Below are positions 1 to 8,322 of a DNA stretch of 64,000 bases, piece by piece. The first letter of the stretch is position 1; every line of letters begins with the position of its first letter. Position numbers and translations under genes: made by a program. The notes below the pieces were generated by a model. It was not told the origin of the DNA and made no database searches. It was given only the letters and a program-made list of their open reading frames with translations. The DNA is from Patescibacteria group bacterium. GTDB lineage: Bacteria; Patescibacteriota; Patescibacteriia; UBA9570; JAHJKD01. The stretch is taken from positions 102,698 through 166,697 of the forward strand of contig JBAZVM010000001.1 in NCBI GenBank assembly GCA_041660885.1. The letters run 5' to 3'.

Positions 1-550
1 CAAATATTTTTTTTGTTTCTTCAAATTTTTCCGGCAGCACATAAACGGTTAAGCCATTATCTTCTTCTTTAATATCTTCCGCGCCGGCATCGATGGCTTT
101 AAGTTGCGTGTCTTCGTTGCTGTTTTCTATGCGTAAAACTCCGCGTTTTTTAAACAAGTAGGCTACGGTATTTGGCCCGCCTAAGCTGCCGCCGTGCTTG
201 GAAAGAGTGCTTTTTATAAAAGCGCTGGAACGGTTCTTATTATCAGTTATGCAATTAATAATAAAAGCTACGCCACCCGGGCCGTAACCTTCATAGACAA
301 CTTCTTCAATTATTTGGCCGGGTAATTCCCCGGCGCCGCGTAGAATGGCTTTTTCAATGCCATCTTTAGGCATGCTGGCGGCTCTGGCCGCGTCTATAGC
401 GCTGCGTAAGGCGGAATTTGATTCAGGATCTTTGCCTTTTTTCGCGGCAATAGAAATATTTTTTGAAAGTTTAGTAAAAACCCCGCTGCGTTTTTGGTCG
501 TTAGCGCCTTTTTGGCGCTTGATTTGAGACCACTTAGAATGTCCAGACAT
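1..550 (-). CDS. yebC: YebC/PmpR family transcriptional regulator (N-terminal ~183 aa; 3' end lies beyond the window edge)
   Basis: Absent from the ORF track because the window edge truncates it. My reverse-strand translation from the ATG (complement of 548-550) reads MSGHSKWSQIKRQKGANDQKRSGVFTKLSKNISIAAKKGKDPESNSALRSAIDAARAASMPKDGIEKAILRG..., the hallmark YebC N-terminus. Confidence 0.85.
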   Translation of the reverse strand, partial: MSGHSKWSQIKRQKGANDQKRSGVFTKLSKNISIAAKKGKDPESNSALRSAIDAARAASMPKDGIEKAILRGAGELPGQIIEEVVYEGYGPGGVAFIINCITDNKNRSSAFIKSTLSKHGGSLGGPNTVAYLFKKRGVLRIENSNEDTQLKAIDAGAEDIKEEDNGLTVYVLPEKFEETKKIF

Positions 551-627
551 GTTGTTATTATAGCAATTTTTGCTTGATTAGTCAAAACAAATACATTATA
601 ATAATAACAAATTATTAATATTTTTTT

Positions 628-1650
628 ATGCCAAACTTAGATGCCCGGAATATGCTCGGTTCCATAGAAATGCTGCCCAAACAATGCCAAGACGCATGGC
701 AAGCCATGAAAAAAATAAAATTGCCCAAGACATATAAAGCCATAAATAAAGTTGCGGTTTTTGGCATGGGCGGTTCTATAATTGGTATGGATGTCATTAA
801 AAATTTGTTCTCCGCTGAAATAAAAATTCCGGTTATTTTAGTTAATGATTATCAAATACCCGCACGTATCGATAACAATACTTTAGCCATATTATCCAGC
901 TATTCCGGATCAACCGAAGAAACCGTTGCCGCAGCGAAAAACATATTACGCAAAACAAAAAAAGTATTTGTGATAACCAGCGGCGGATATCTGGCTAAGT
1001 TTGCCGCGCAGCATAATTTACCTGCTTATATAATCAATCCGCGCTTTAATCCATGCAACCAGCCGCGCATTGCTTTGGGATATTCCGTAGTTTCACAAAT
1101 AGCTTTGCTGTCCAAATTAAACGTATTGAAAGTGACGGAAAAAGATATAAATAATTTAGCGCGCTTTTTAAGTGCTCAACAGAAGAAACAAAAAAAACAA
1201 ACGCTAAATCTAGCAAAAAAAATAAAAAATCACATATTAATATTAGCGGCTTCGGAGTTTTTACTGGGTAACGCGCATGTCATGGCCAATCAAATCAACG
1301 AGAACGGTAAAAATTTCGCGGCTTACTTTCCCATACCAGAATTAAACCATCATTTAATGGAAGGACTTTCTAATCCAAAAAGCAATAAGAATAATCTATT
1401 TTTTATTTTTTTAAATTCTTCCTTATATCATTCTAGAGTAAAAAAGAGATACGCTATTACTCAGAAAGTTTTAGAAAAAAACAGTATAAAATATTTTGAA
1501 CAAACCGAAAACGCGAAAAATAAATTATTACAATCTTTTTCCATTTTGCAATGGGGCGCTTTTTTAAGCTTTTATTTGGCCATAGCCAATAAAATCGACC
1601 CATCTCCCATTCCTTGGGTGAATTATTTTAAAGATGCGCTTAAAAAATAG
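628..1650 (+). CDS. bifunctional phosphoglucose/phosphomannose isomerase family (SIS domain)
   Basis: 340-aa ORF. The N-terminal MLGSIEMLPKQCQDAW...VAVFGMGGSIIGMDV and SYSGSTEET motifs are typical of archaeal/bacterial PGI-PMI SIS proteins. Confidence 0.75.
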   Translation: MPNLDARNMLGSIEMLPKQCQDAWQAMKKIKLPKTYKAINKVAVFGMGGSIIGMDVIKNLFSAEIKIPVILVNDYQIPARIDNNTLAILSSYSGSTEETVAAAKNILRKTKKVFVITSGGYLAKFAAQHNLPAYIINPRFNPCNQPRIALGYSVVSQIALLSKLNVLKVTEKDINNLARFLSAQQKKQKKQTLNLAKKIKNHILILAASEFLLGNAHVMANQINENGKNFAAYFPIPELNHHLMEGLSNPKSNKNNLFFIFLNSSLYHSRVKKRYAITQKVLEKNSIKYFEQTENAKNKLLQSFSILQWGAFLSFYLAIANKIDPSPIPWVNYFKDALKK

Positions 1651-3142
1651 ATTACTGCTAATTTTAATTTTTCTTTTAAGCCTTACTCTTTTTGCTCGGC
1701 TGGAATCGGATTTAACTTTTTCCGATCCCGATTCTTTTTATCACGCGCGCTTTACTAAAATAATAAGCGAGCAAGGAGTAGTTATAAATTTTCCTTGGCA
1801 AACGCAAACGGTATTACAAGATTATTTCACTGACCATCATCTTTTATATCATCTAATATTAGTTCCGTTAGCTAGATATTTCCCCGGGGAAATAGCGGTT
1901 AAAATCGGTTCAATTATTTTCAGCGCTTTTTTTATCGCATTACTTTATTGGTATTTTGCTAAACGGAAAGTTAAGTATGCCTGGGCTTTTATTTTTTTGT
2001 TGCTTACCATCGGACCATTTGTTTTACGGCTTTCTTTGCCCAAGGCCACGCCCTTGGCTTTGATTCTATTATTATTGGGAATATATTATGTTGAAGAAAA
2101 AAAATATTTACTTTTATTTTTAATTTCTTTTTTATACGTTTGGGCGCATGGCGGTTTTTTAATTTTATTTTTGGCGGCTGTAATTTTTTGTACGGCCAAA
2201 TTCGTAGAGACGAAGCATGCTTCTTCCCTACATTCCATCCTAGTTGTATTAGGCGGTTTTTTAGCCGGGCTGGTAATCAACCCCTATTTCCCCAATAATT
2301 TATGGTTCTATTGGCAGCAGGTGGTGCAGATAGGGATTATCAATTATAAAGACCAAATCGATGTTGGCGCGGAATGGTACGCATATTCTTTGCCTGATTT
2401 AATTGGAGCCACGAGCTTAATGTGGATTGTTTCTATTTTAGGTGTATTGATTTTTTGCATATATTTAAAAAAACAAAAAGCATCAAGCATCAGTTGGCTA
2501 ATATTATCCGTCATTTTGTTTGTGGCGACTCTCCGCTCTAGAAGATTTGTGGAATATTTTGTGCCCGCTATGCTTATTTTCAGTTCTTTAACAATATCTT
2601 GGTTTTTAAATTCCATGTATTGGAAAAAGTTTATTAAAGAAGCAAAAGTTTGGTATGAGAGAAAAAAAATATTAAGCATAATTTTGCTTATTTATTTGGC
2701 TTTGGCGATTCCTTTTAGCATGGGCCGCACTTTGTTATCTTTGAAAAAAGAATTAAAAAGCGGTTTTCCCTTTGATACTTTTAAAGGCGCCTCGGAGTAT
2801 CTTCAAAAAAATACGGTGCCAGAAGACATTATTTTCCATGCCCGGTGGGATGATTGGCCGATATTATTTTTTCATAATCAATCCAATTATTATATTGTGG
2901 GTTTAGACGCGACTTTCATGTACAAATATAATAAAGAGCGTTATATTTTATGGGATAAAATCGGTAGCGGCCAAATCAAGGATAATTTGGCGGAAACTAT
3001 AAAAAATAATTTTAACTGCCACTATGTTTTTATCAATAATAAAGAAGAAGATACGCGATTATTTCAAGCTTATTTAGAACGAGATAGCGGCGTTAAAATA
3101 ATTTATGAAGATGACGAGGCTACTGTTTATGAAATTATATAA
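1634..3142 (+). CDS. polytopic GT-C-fold membrane glycosyltransferase-like protein, paralog A (STT3/AglB/PglB-like motifs)
   Basis: 502 aa with more than 10 hydrophobic segments. It has an acidic first-loop motif FSDPDSFYHARF, a mid-protein loop DVGAEWYAY, and a soluble tail starting IIFHARWDDWPILFF...VGLD. Confidence 0.5.
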   Translation: MRLKNRLLLILIFLLSLTLFARLESDLTFSDPDSFYHARFTKIISEQGVVINFPWQTQTVLQDYFTDHHLLYHLILVPLARYFPGEIAVKIGSIIFSAFFIALLYWYFAKRKVKYAWAFIFLLLTIGPFVLRLSLPKATPLALILLLLGIYYVEEKKYLLLFLISFLYVWAHGGFLILFLAAVIFCTAKFVETKHASSLHSILVVLGGFLAGLVINPYFPNNLWFYWQQVVQIGIINYKDQIDVGAEWYAYSLPDLIGATSLMWIVSILGVLIFCIYLKKQKASSISWLILSVILFVATLRSRRFVEYFVPAMLIFSSLTISWFLNSMYWKKFIKEAKVWYERKKILSIILLIYLALAIPFSMGRTLLSLKKELKSGFPFDTFKGASEYLQKNTVPEDIIFHARWDDWPILFFHNQSNYYIVGLDATFMYKYNKERYILWDKIGSGQIKDNLAETIKNNFNCHYVFINNKEEDTRLFQAYLERDSGVKIIYEDDEATVYEII

Positions 3143-4643
3143 ATTAATATTTAATATTTATACCAAATTTTTTTTATTATTTATTTTTTGCGTTTTATTA
3201 TTCACTTATTTTCAATTAAGCGAGAATTTCCCCGATCCTGACGCTTTTTATCATTTAAAAATCGGCCATTTGATTTGGCAGAATGGCGTAGTGGTTGATT
3301 TTCCGTGGGCGCAATATACGGTGCTGAAAGATTATTACATAGATCATCATTTGCTGTATCATTTTGTTCTGTCGCCATTTGTTAATTTGCTACATCCTTT
3401 GGTTGGCGTGAAAGTAGCCACTATACTATTGGCTAGCTCGTTTATTTTTCTTTTTGCTTTGATCGCGCGAGCGTTGAAATTAAAAGCCGGCATTTTATTA
3501 GGTGTTATAATGGCCGTAACCATTCCGCTTACTTTCCGGTTGAATCTGGTTAAGGCCAATTCTTTGTCGTTAATAATATTATTTCTAGGAATTTATTTAG
3601 TAGTCAAGAAAAAATACATTTGGCTTTTTTTATTGTCTTTTTTATATGTCTGGGCGTATGGGGGATTTGCGGTTTTATTATTGGTGGCAATAATTTTTTG
3701 TATGGCCCGTTTTGCAGAGACGAAGCATGCTTCGTCTCTGCTGCCAATCCCCATCGTATTAGGCGGATTCATCGCCGGTATAATCATTAATCCGTATTTT
3801 CCGAAAAATTTATGGTTCTATTGGCAGCAGGTGGTGCAAATCGGTTTGGTGAATTATCAAGATAAAATTGGCGTAGGCGGAGAATGGTATCCCTATGGTT
3901 TTGTGGAATTAATTACCGGATGTTCTTTGCTTACAGTGCTTATGGTGACAGCTCTGCTGATTTTTTTTATTTTTATAAAAAAACAATCAGCTCTTTCGTG
4001 GGCAAGCTTCATTCTTTACGCTTTGGGTTTGTTTTTAGTATTAAAATCCAGGCGCTATATAGAATACTATGTTCCCTTTACCGCCTTTTTTATTGTTAAT
4101 GTTTTTTCTATTTTTAGCGCCAAGCAGATAATAATCTGGCTGATTAAATTTTGGCATTACCATTTTATCAATAAAGTTTTTTGTTTTATTGCCGTAATAT
4201 ATATTTTGCTGGTTGTTCCGGCTATTGCGTATAAAGATTTTAAAATAAATTTGCGCGATTTGCGCGGAGGAATCAGTTATAATAAATTCGCACCGGCCAT
4301 GGAATGGCTGCAAAAAAACGGAGAGAAAAACACCATAGTTTTACATAGCGATTGGGATGAGTTTCCCATGCTTCTTTTTCATAATAGTGATAATTATTAT
4401 ATTGTGGGCTTGGATCCGACTTTTATGTATAAATATGACGAAAAAAAATATTGGCAATGGGTGGATATAACAACCGGAAAACAAAAAGAAAGTTTGCCGA
4501 AAATAATTAAAAACGATTTTCAAGCTAAATACGTATTTTTAGAAAAGGATCATACGGCCATGGATGATAATATGCAAAATTTTTCTCAATTCACTTTGAT
4601 ATACGAAGACGACGAAGCTAAAATATATAAATTAGAAATGTAA
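3105..4643 (+). CDS. polytopic GT-C-fold membrane glycosyltransferase-like protein, paralog B (the start may be the ATG at 3129)
   Basis: 512 aa and collinear with paralog A (FPDPDAFYHLK, ETKHASSL, NPYFPKNLWFYWQQVVQIG, GVGGEWYPY, LHSDWDEFPMLLF...VGLD). Confidence 0.5.
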   Translation: MKMTRLLFMKLYKLIFNIYTKFFLLFIFCVLLFTYFQLSENFPDPDAFYHLKIGHLIWQNGVVVDFPWAQYTVLKDYYIDHHLLYHFVLSPFVNLLHPLVGVKVATILLASSFIFLFALIARALKLKAGILLGVIMAVTIPLTFRLNLVKANSLSLIILFLGIYLVVKKKYIWLFLLSFLYVWAYGGFAVLLLVAIIFCMARFAETKHASSLLPIPIVLGGFIAGIIINPYFPKNLWFYWQQVVQIGLVNYQDKIGVGGEWYPYGFVELITGCSLLTVLMVTALLIFFIFIKKQSALSWASFILYALGLFLVLKSRRYIEYYVPFTAFFIVNVFSIFSAKQIIIWLIKFWHYHFINKVFCFIAVIYILLVVPAIAYKDFKINLRDLRGGISYNKFAPAMEWLQKNGEKNTIVLHSDWDEFPMLLFHNSDNYYIVGLDPTFMYKYDEKKYWQWVDITTGKQKESLPKIIKNDFQAKYVFLEKDHTAMDDNMQNFSQFTLIYEDDEAKIYKLEM

Positions 4644-4671
4644 GGAACGCACATGTGCGTTCCCAACAAAA
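4644..4671 (+). repeat. 28-nt element GGAACGCACATGTGCGTTCCCAACAAAA (20-bp perfect palindrome plus tail), copy 1
   Basis: An exact second copy lies in inverse orientation at 39016-39043. Both sit immediately after the stop codon of a large membrane or secreted protein gene. Confidence 0.8.
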
Positions 4672-4686
4672 TACCCCATAAAACAC

Positions 4687-4724
4687 AAAACCTCTCCCCT
4701 TAAGGATAGAGAGGTTTTGCTTTT
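4687..4724. terminator. bidirectional intrinsic terminator between convergent genes
   Basis: Hairpin aacctctc...gagaggtt, flanked by an A-run upstream and a T-run downstream. Confidence 0.6.
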
Positions 4725-4747
4725 CTGAAACAGAATAGGGGAAAGGT

Positions 4748-5116
4748 TTAGCTGGTGAGGGTTAATAAATTTTCTATGGCATAAACGGAAATACCCCAAG
4801 CCGCTAATATAATCACCAAGCCGATAATGGCCGCGATTAATAATTTTTTAGCGCACTCCACTGTTTCTTCATTGCCGCCGGCAGTCATCCATTTAAAACC
4901 ACCGACAAGAATCATAATAACGGCAACCAAGGCTAAAATACCCAAGATCCAGTTAATAATAGATACAACTAAATCTTCTGGGCTGGCGTTGCCTAAGCCG
5001 ATATTGGACGCGGCGTCCGGCACTACATCCACATCTGCTGCTAAAACGGAGCTGGCAGCTAGCGTGCCGATTCCGACGGCCATCCACTTGCTGATTTTTT
5101 GAGAAATTTTATTCAT
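4748..5116 (-). CDS. VirB2/TrbC-like (T4SS-pilin-like) small membrane protein, paralog 1
   Basis: Signal peptide (..SSVLAAD), a variable segment, then the core ILALVAVIMILVGGFKWMTAGGNEETVECAKKLLIAAIIGLVIILAAWGI. A strong SD (aaggaggtg) precedes the ATG. Confidence 0.65.
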   Translation of the reverse strand: MNKISQKISKWMAVGIGTLAASSVLAADVDVVPDAASNIGLGNASPEDLVVSIINWILGILALVAVIMILVGGFKWMTAGGNEETVECAKKLLIAAIIGLVIILAAWGISVYAIENLLTLTS

Positions 5117-5150
5117 TTAATTCACCTCCTTTCATAAAAATATATAAGAT

Positions 5151-5179
5151 ATTATATAGTATTTTTATATTCATAGCAA
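5151..5179 (-). promoter_or_regulatory. sigma70-like promoter for paralog 1 (TTGCTA-17-TATAAT on the minus strand)
   Basis: The minus strand reads ttgcta tgaatataaaaatacta tataat, about 35 nt upstream of the SD. Confidence 0.5.
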
Positions 5180-5252
5180 ATAAAATAGGGGCAAATAAAG
5201 GGAGAATATATATCCTCTCTTTATTGTATGATTATTTTTTTGGTTGCGTACG

Positions 5253-5282
5253 TTGACCAAAGTGCTAAAAGTGTGTTATAAT
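5253..5282 (+). promoter_or_regulatory. sigma70-like promoter for the six-gene mini-pilin operon (TTGACC-18-TATAAT with an upstream TG)
   Basis: ttgacc aaagtgctaaaagtgtgt tataat, 34 nt upstream of the 5316 start. Confidence 0.55.
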
Positions 5283-5315
5283 TAGAATTAATTAAACATT
5301 CTTCCCTTATTATTT

Positions 5316-5795
5316 ATGGAAAGAAATAAAATAAAAAAATTTATATTACCGGCATTGGGTTTGGTAATTTTTTTTAGCATTATTTTTGGTTTGCCAGCGT
5401 ACTCTTTCCTCGCCGCCGCCACAGCATCTGATTCCGACTTAACCTTTGATCCGGGGGGCACTTTAAGCGATGTTACTGATTTAGGGAACAGAGATCCTGC
5501 CTCCATAACATACGACGTGGTTAATTACGCTTTGCTTTTTCTGGGTTTAATAACGGTTGTGATGATTATTATCAGCGGTTTTATGTGGATATTCGCCGCG
5601 GGCAACGAGGAAAAAATAAAAAAAGCGCAGGAAATATTGAAAGGAGCAGTTATCGGCTTGCTTGTTATCATGATTTCCTACGGTGCAGCGCAATATGTGT
5701 TCGATAAATTAGTAGAAATAACTACAGGGGCTGTACCCACAACAACCAGCTCAACGGAAACAGAGGAAACCGGAGTAATAATACCAGAGGACTAA
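5316..5795 (+). CDS. VirB2/TrbC-like small membrane protein, paralog 2 (with an extra T/S/E-rich C-terminal tail)
   Basis: Core LGLITVVMIIISGFMWIFAAGNEEKIKKAQEILKGAVIGLLVIMISYG. Confidence 0.65.
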   Translation: MERNKIKKFILPALGLVIFFSIIFGLPAYSFLAAATASDSDLTFDPGGTLSDVTDLGNRDPASITYDVVNYALLFLGLITVVMIIISGFMWIFAAGNEEKIKKAQEILKGAVIGLLVIMISYGAAQYVFDKLVEITTGAVPTTTSSTETEETGVIIPED

Positions 5796-5817
5796 TGAAA
5801 TATTATCAGAATAATTT

Positions 5818-6207
5818 ATGAAAATAAAATTTTTTTTACCAATTGTTATTCTTTTATTAGTGCGGTTATTGCCAAATTTAATGCCCGTTTTGGCAGCTGA
5901 TATTTGCTATGATCCGTTTTGCGAACAAGGCCTTATCCAAGCAGGCACCGGGCTTGGCGATGTAGAACCGCAAATTATTTTGGCTAGAATTATTAATGTT
6001 TGTCTCGGCCTCTTAGGCATAGTTAGTATCTGTTTAATGGTCTATGCCGGTGCTCGATGGACGTTGGCCAGAGGTAATGAAGAAGAGGTGAAAAAAGCGC
6101 AGGAAATATTAAAAGGTGCGGTTATCGGGCTGGTTATTGTTCTTACTTCATATTCCGTTGCCTATTTTGTTTTTACCAATTTAGTTAAAGTATCCAATGC
6201 GTATTAA
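5818..6207 (+). CDS. VirB2/TrbC-like small membrane protein, paralog 3
   Basis: Core LGLLGIVSICLMVYAGARWTLARGNEEEVKKAQEILKGAVIGLVIVLTSYS; signal peptide ..PVLAAD. Confidence 0.65.
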   Translation: MKIKFFLPIVILLLVRLLPNLMPVLAADICYDPFCEQGLIQAGTGLGDVEPQIILARIINVCLGLLGIVSICLMVYAGARWTLARGNEEEVKKAQEILKGAVIGLVIVLTSYSVAYFVFTNLVKVSNAY

Positions 6208-6595
6208 TAAATTTGCACAATTATTATTTATTTGTTTATTTTTCGGCATTTTAATATTACCTGTTGCTCAAGCGGAATTATCTTTTGACACAAAAGATAA
6301 TTTTTCTGGCTGGGGTTCCGTTAGTTCTTTGCGCCTTTCTCAGCAAGATGCCACCCCTTTGGCCATAGCCCTTAATTTAATTAACACCGCTCTAACTTTT
6401 TTAGGATTGATCAGCAGTGGATTCATTCTATATGCCGGTTTACTATGGTTTACGGCCAGGGAAAACGAAGAACAGGTAAAGAAGGCTTTGGATATCATTA
6501 AGGGTGCGGTAATAGGCTTGGGTTTGGTATTGTTATCTTACGGTATTTCTTTTACCGTGTATTCTATATTTTTAAGTTCCTCTGTCTCAACTTAA
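6197..6595 (+). CDS. VirB2/TrbC-like small membrane protein, paralog 4
   Basis: Core LGLISSGFILYAGLLWFTARENEEQVKKALDIIKGAVIGLGLVLLSYG. Overlaps paralog 3 by 11 nt. Confidence 0.65.
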   Translation: MRINKFAQLLFICLFFGILILPVAQAELSFDTKDNFSGWGSVSSLRLSQQDATPLAIALNLINTALTFLGLISSGFILYAGLLWFTARENEEQVKKALDIIKGAVIGLGLVLLSYGISFTVYSIFLSSSVST

Positions 6596-7003
6596 ATGAA
6601 AAAAATATTCACCATTATTTTTCTTTCCGCGATGTTCTTATGCTCTGCTACCTTAGCTCTCGAAAGTGATAATACAACACCGGAAATGACTTTTAACCCC
6701 AATGATTCCGACGCTACTCTTGGTTCCAGCACTTTATTAAATTTGGGAACAGCTTCCCCTTTGCAAGTTATTTTTACTTTAGTTTCTATTGCTTCTTCTT
6801 TGCTGGGCATTATTTTTTTGATTCTCATTATTTATGGAGGGTTTGTGTGGATGATGGCCAGGGGCAATGAGGAAGAGGTGAAAAAAGCGCAAAAAATAAT
6901 AGAAAGAGCCGTAATCGGTTTGGTAGTTGTTTTGTTATCCGTTTCCATTGCCTATTTGTTTTATTGGTTATTTTCTGGTTCAGGCGTTGTTGAACAAACT
7001 TAA
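6596..7003 (+). CDS. VirB2/TrbC-like small membrane protein, paralog 5
   Basis: Core LGIIFLILIIYGGFVWMMARGNEEEVKKAQKIIERAVIGLVVVLLSVS. Its start abuts the stop of paralog 4. Confidence 0.65.
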   Translation: MKKIFTIIFLSAMFLCSATLALESDNTTPEMTFNPNDSDATLGSSTLLNLGTASPLQVIFTLVSIASSLLGIIFLILIIYGGFVWMMARGNEEEVKKAQKIIERAVIGLVVVLLSVSIAYLFYWLFSGSGVVEQT

Positions 7004-7023
7004 ATTAGAAATTAATATTATAT

Positions 7024-7428
7024 ATGAAGAATAATTTTGGTGTTAAATTTGTTTCCTTCGTTGTATTACTGATAATTTTTACTTTTGCTTTTTCCGTTTC
7101 AGCCGGAACCGTGTCCTCTTTTTTTCCAGAAGAAGAAGGCGTTGATTTTAATGATTTAGCTTTAAAAAAAGCAGATGTTTTTACTTCAGTATCTTTAATT
7201 ATAAATTACGCATTAACATTTTTAGGCACTGTATCTTTAGTGTTGATTGTTTATTCCGGCGCCAGATGGATGCTGGCCAGGGGCAATGAAGAAGAAATTA
7301 AAAAATCGCAGGAAATTTTAAAAGGCGGGGTTATTGGCTTGGTAATCATTCTTTCTTCTTATGCGCTTTCCTATTTTGTTTTTACTTCGTTGGTTGATAT
7401 AGTAGCCGGAGCCGAATTGCCTGATTAA
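7024..7428 (+). CDS. VirB2/TrbC-like small membrane protein, paralog 6
   Basis: Core LGTVSLVLIVYSGARWMLARGNEEEIKKSQEILKGGVIGLVIILSSYA. Confidence 0.65.
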   Translation: MKNNFGVKFVSFVVLLIIFTFAFSVSAGTVSSFFPEEEGVDFNDLALKKADVFTSVSLIINYALTFLGTVSLVLIVYSGARWMLARGNEEEIKKSQEILKGGVIGLVIILSSYALSYFVFTSLVDIVAGAELPD

Positions 7429-7458
7429 TTATTTTATTTTAAAGATTAAATAAAAAAT

Positions 7459-7863
7459 ATGCTTAAAAAATTTTTAAAGCAAAAAAACAAAATAGCGCTT
7501 TTTTGTCTTGGTTTGGTTATTTGCGCTATGCCTTTGTTGGGCGCTTATGCAGCGGCTTACACGCCGAAAGAAGTAACTTTTGATCCGAACGAGGATATCC
7601 TTCGTAACAGTAAGTTAGGAGAAAACGATCCCGTTGCCGTTGTGGCTAATATTATTAACTGGGTGCTTGGCATATTGGGTTTAGTTGCCTTAGTGCTGAT
7701 TATATACGGCGGCGCTCGATGGATGCTTTCTGGCGGGAACGAAGAACAAATTAAATCAGCTAAAGATACTATTATTGGGGCGATAATTGGCATGGCCATT
7801 ATATTGGCCTCTTATGGCATTTCCAGTTATGTGTTTAATACTCTGGTGAACGTGACGAATTAA
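7459..7863 (+). CDS. VirB2/TrbC-like small membrane protein, paralog 7
   Basis: Core LGILGLVALVLIIYGGARWMLSGGNEEQIKSAKDTIIGAIIGMAIILASYG. Confidence 0.65.
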   Translation: MLKKFLKQKNKIALFCLGLVICAMPLLGAYAAAYTPKEVTFDPNEDILRNSKLGENDPVAVVANIINWVLGILGLVALVLIIYGGARWMLSGGNEEQIKSAKDTIIGAIIGMAIILASYGISSYVFNTLVNVTN

Positions 7864-7885
7864 ATAAATTAGATTCGCAAAAATA

Positions 7886-7916
7886 AAACCCCGCCATGGC
7901 GGGGTTTTATTTTTTT
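7886..7916. terminator. bidirectional intrinsic terminator
   Basis: aaaaccccgccatggcggggtttt hairpin with flanking A and T runs, between convergent genes. Confidence 0.75.
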
Positions 7917-7926
7917 ATGAATTTTT

Positions 7927-8307
7927 CTACGCCCCGGTAGAACCGGCAATGATTTTAAATACGTAGCTTAAGATGGAATAACTAGTGAGCACGATAGCCA
8001 TACCGATTATAGCCCAAATTAATGTTCCTCGTCCTTTTTTTAGCTTCTCTTCATTTCCTTGGGAGAACACCAACATAAACCCGCCATAGATAAACATAAG
8101 TAAAGTAACGGCACCCAATACCCCCAGCATGGCGCGTATCACATTGGCGATTATAATTGTTGGGTTGCTTTCACTAATGGGGTTGGTAAGTTCCGTGCTA
8201 GAAGATGATGCCGCTGTGCTAGCATCCTCAGACAAAATCATATTTGGAACCAATATCGAGAAGCATAGACAAACCATTAAAGTATTAATTAGAATTTTGA
8301 TTTTCAT
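7927..8307 (-). CDS. VirB2/TrbC-like small membrane protein, paralog 8
   Basis: Core LGVLGAVTLLMFIYGGFMLVFSQGNEEKLKKGRGTLIWAIIGMAIVLTSYS. Confidence 0.6.
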   Translation of the reverse strand: MKIKILINTLMVCLCFSILVPNMILSEDASTAASSSSTELTNPISESNPTIIIANVIRAMLGVLGAVTLLMFIYGGFMLVFSQGNEEKLKKGRGTLIWAIIGMAIVLTSYSILSYVFKIIAGSTGA

Positions 8308-8322
8308 ATTTTATAAAATAAT

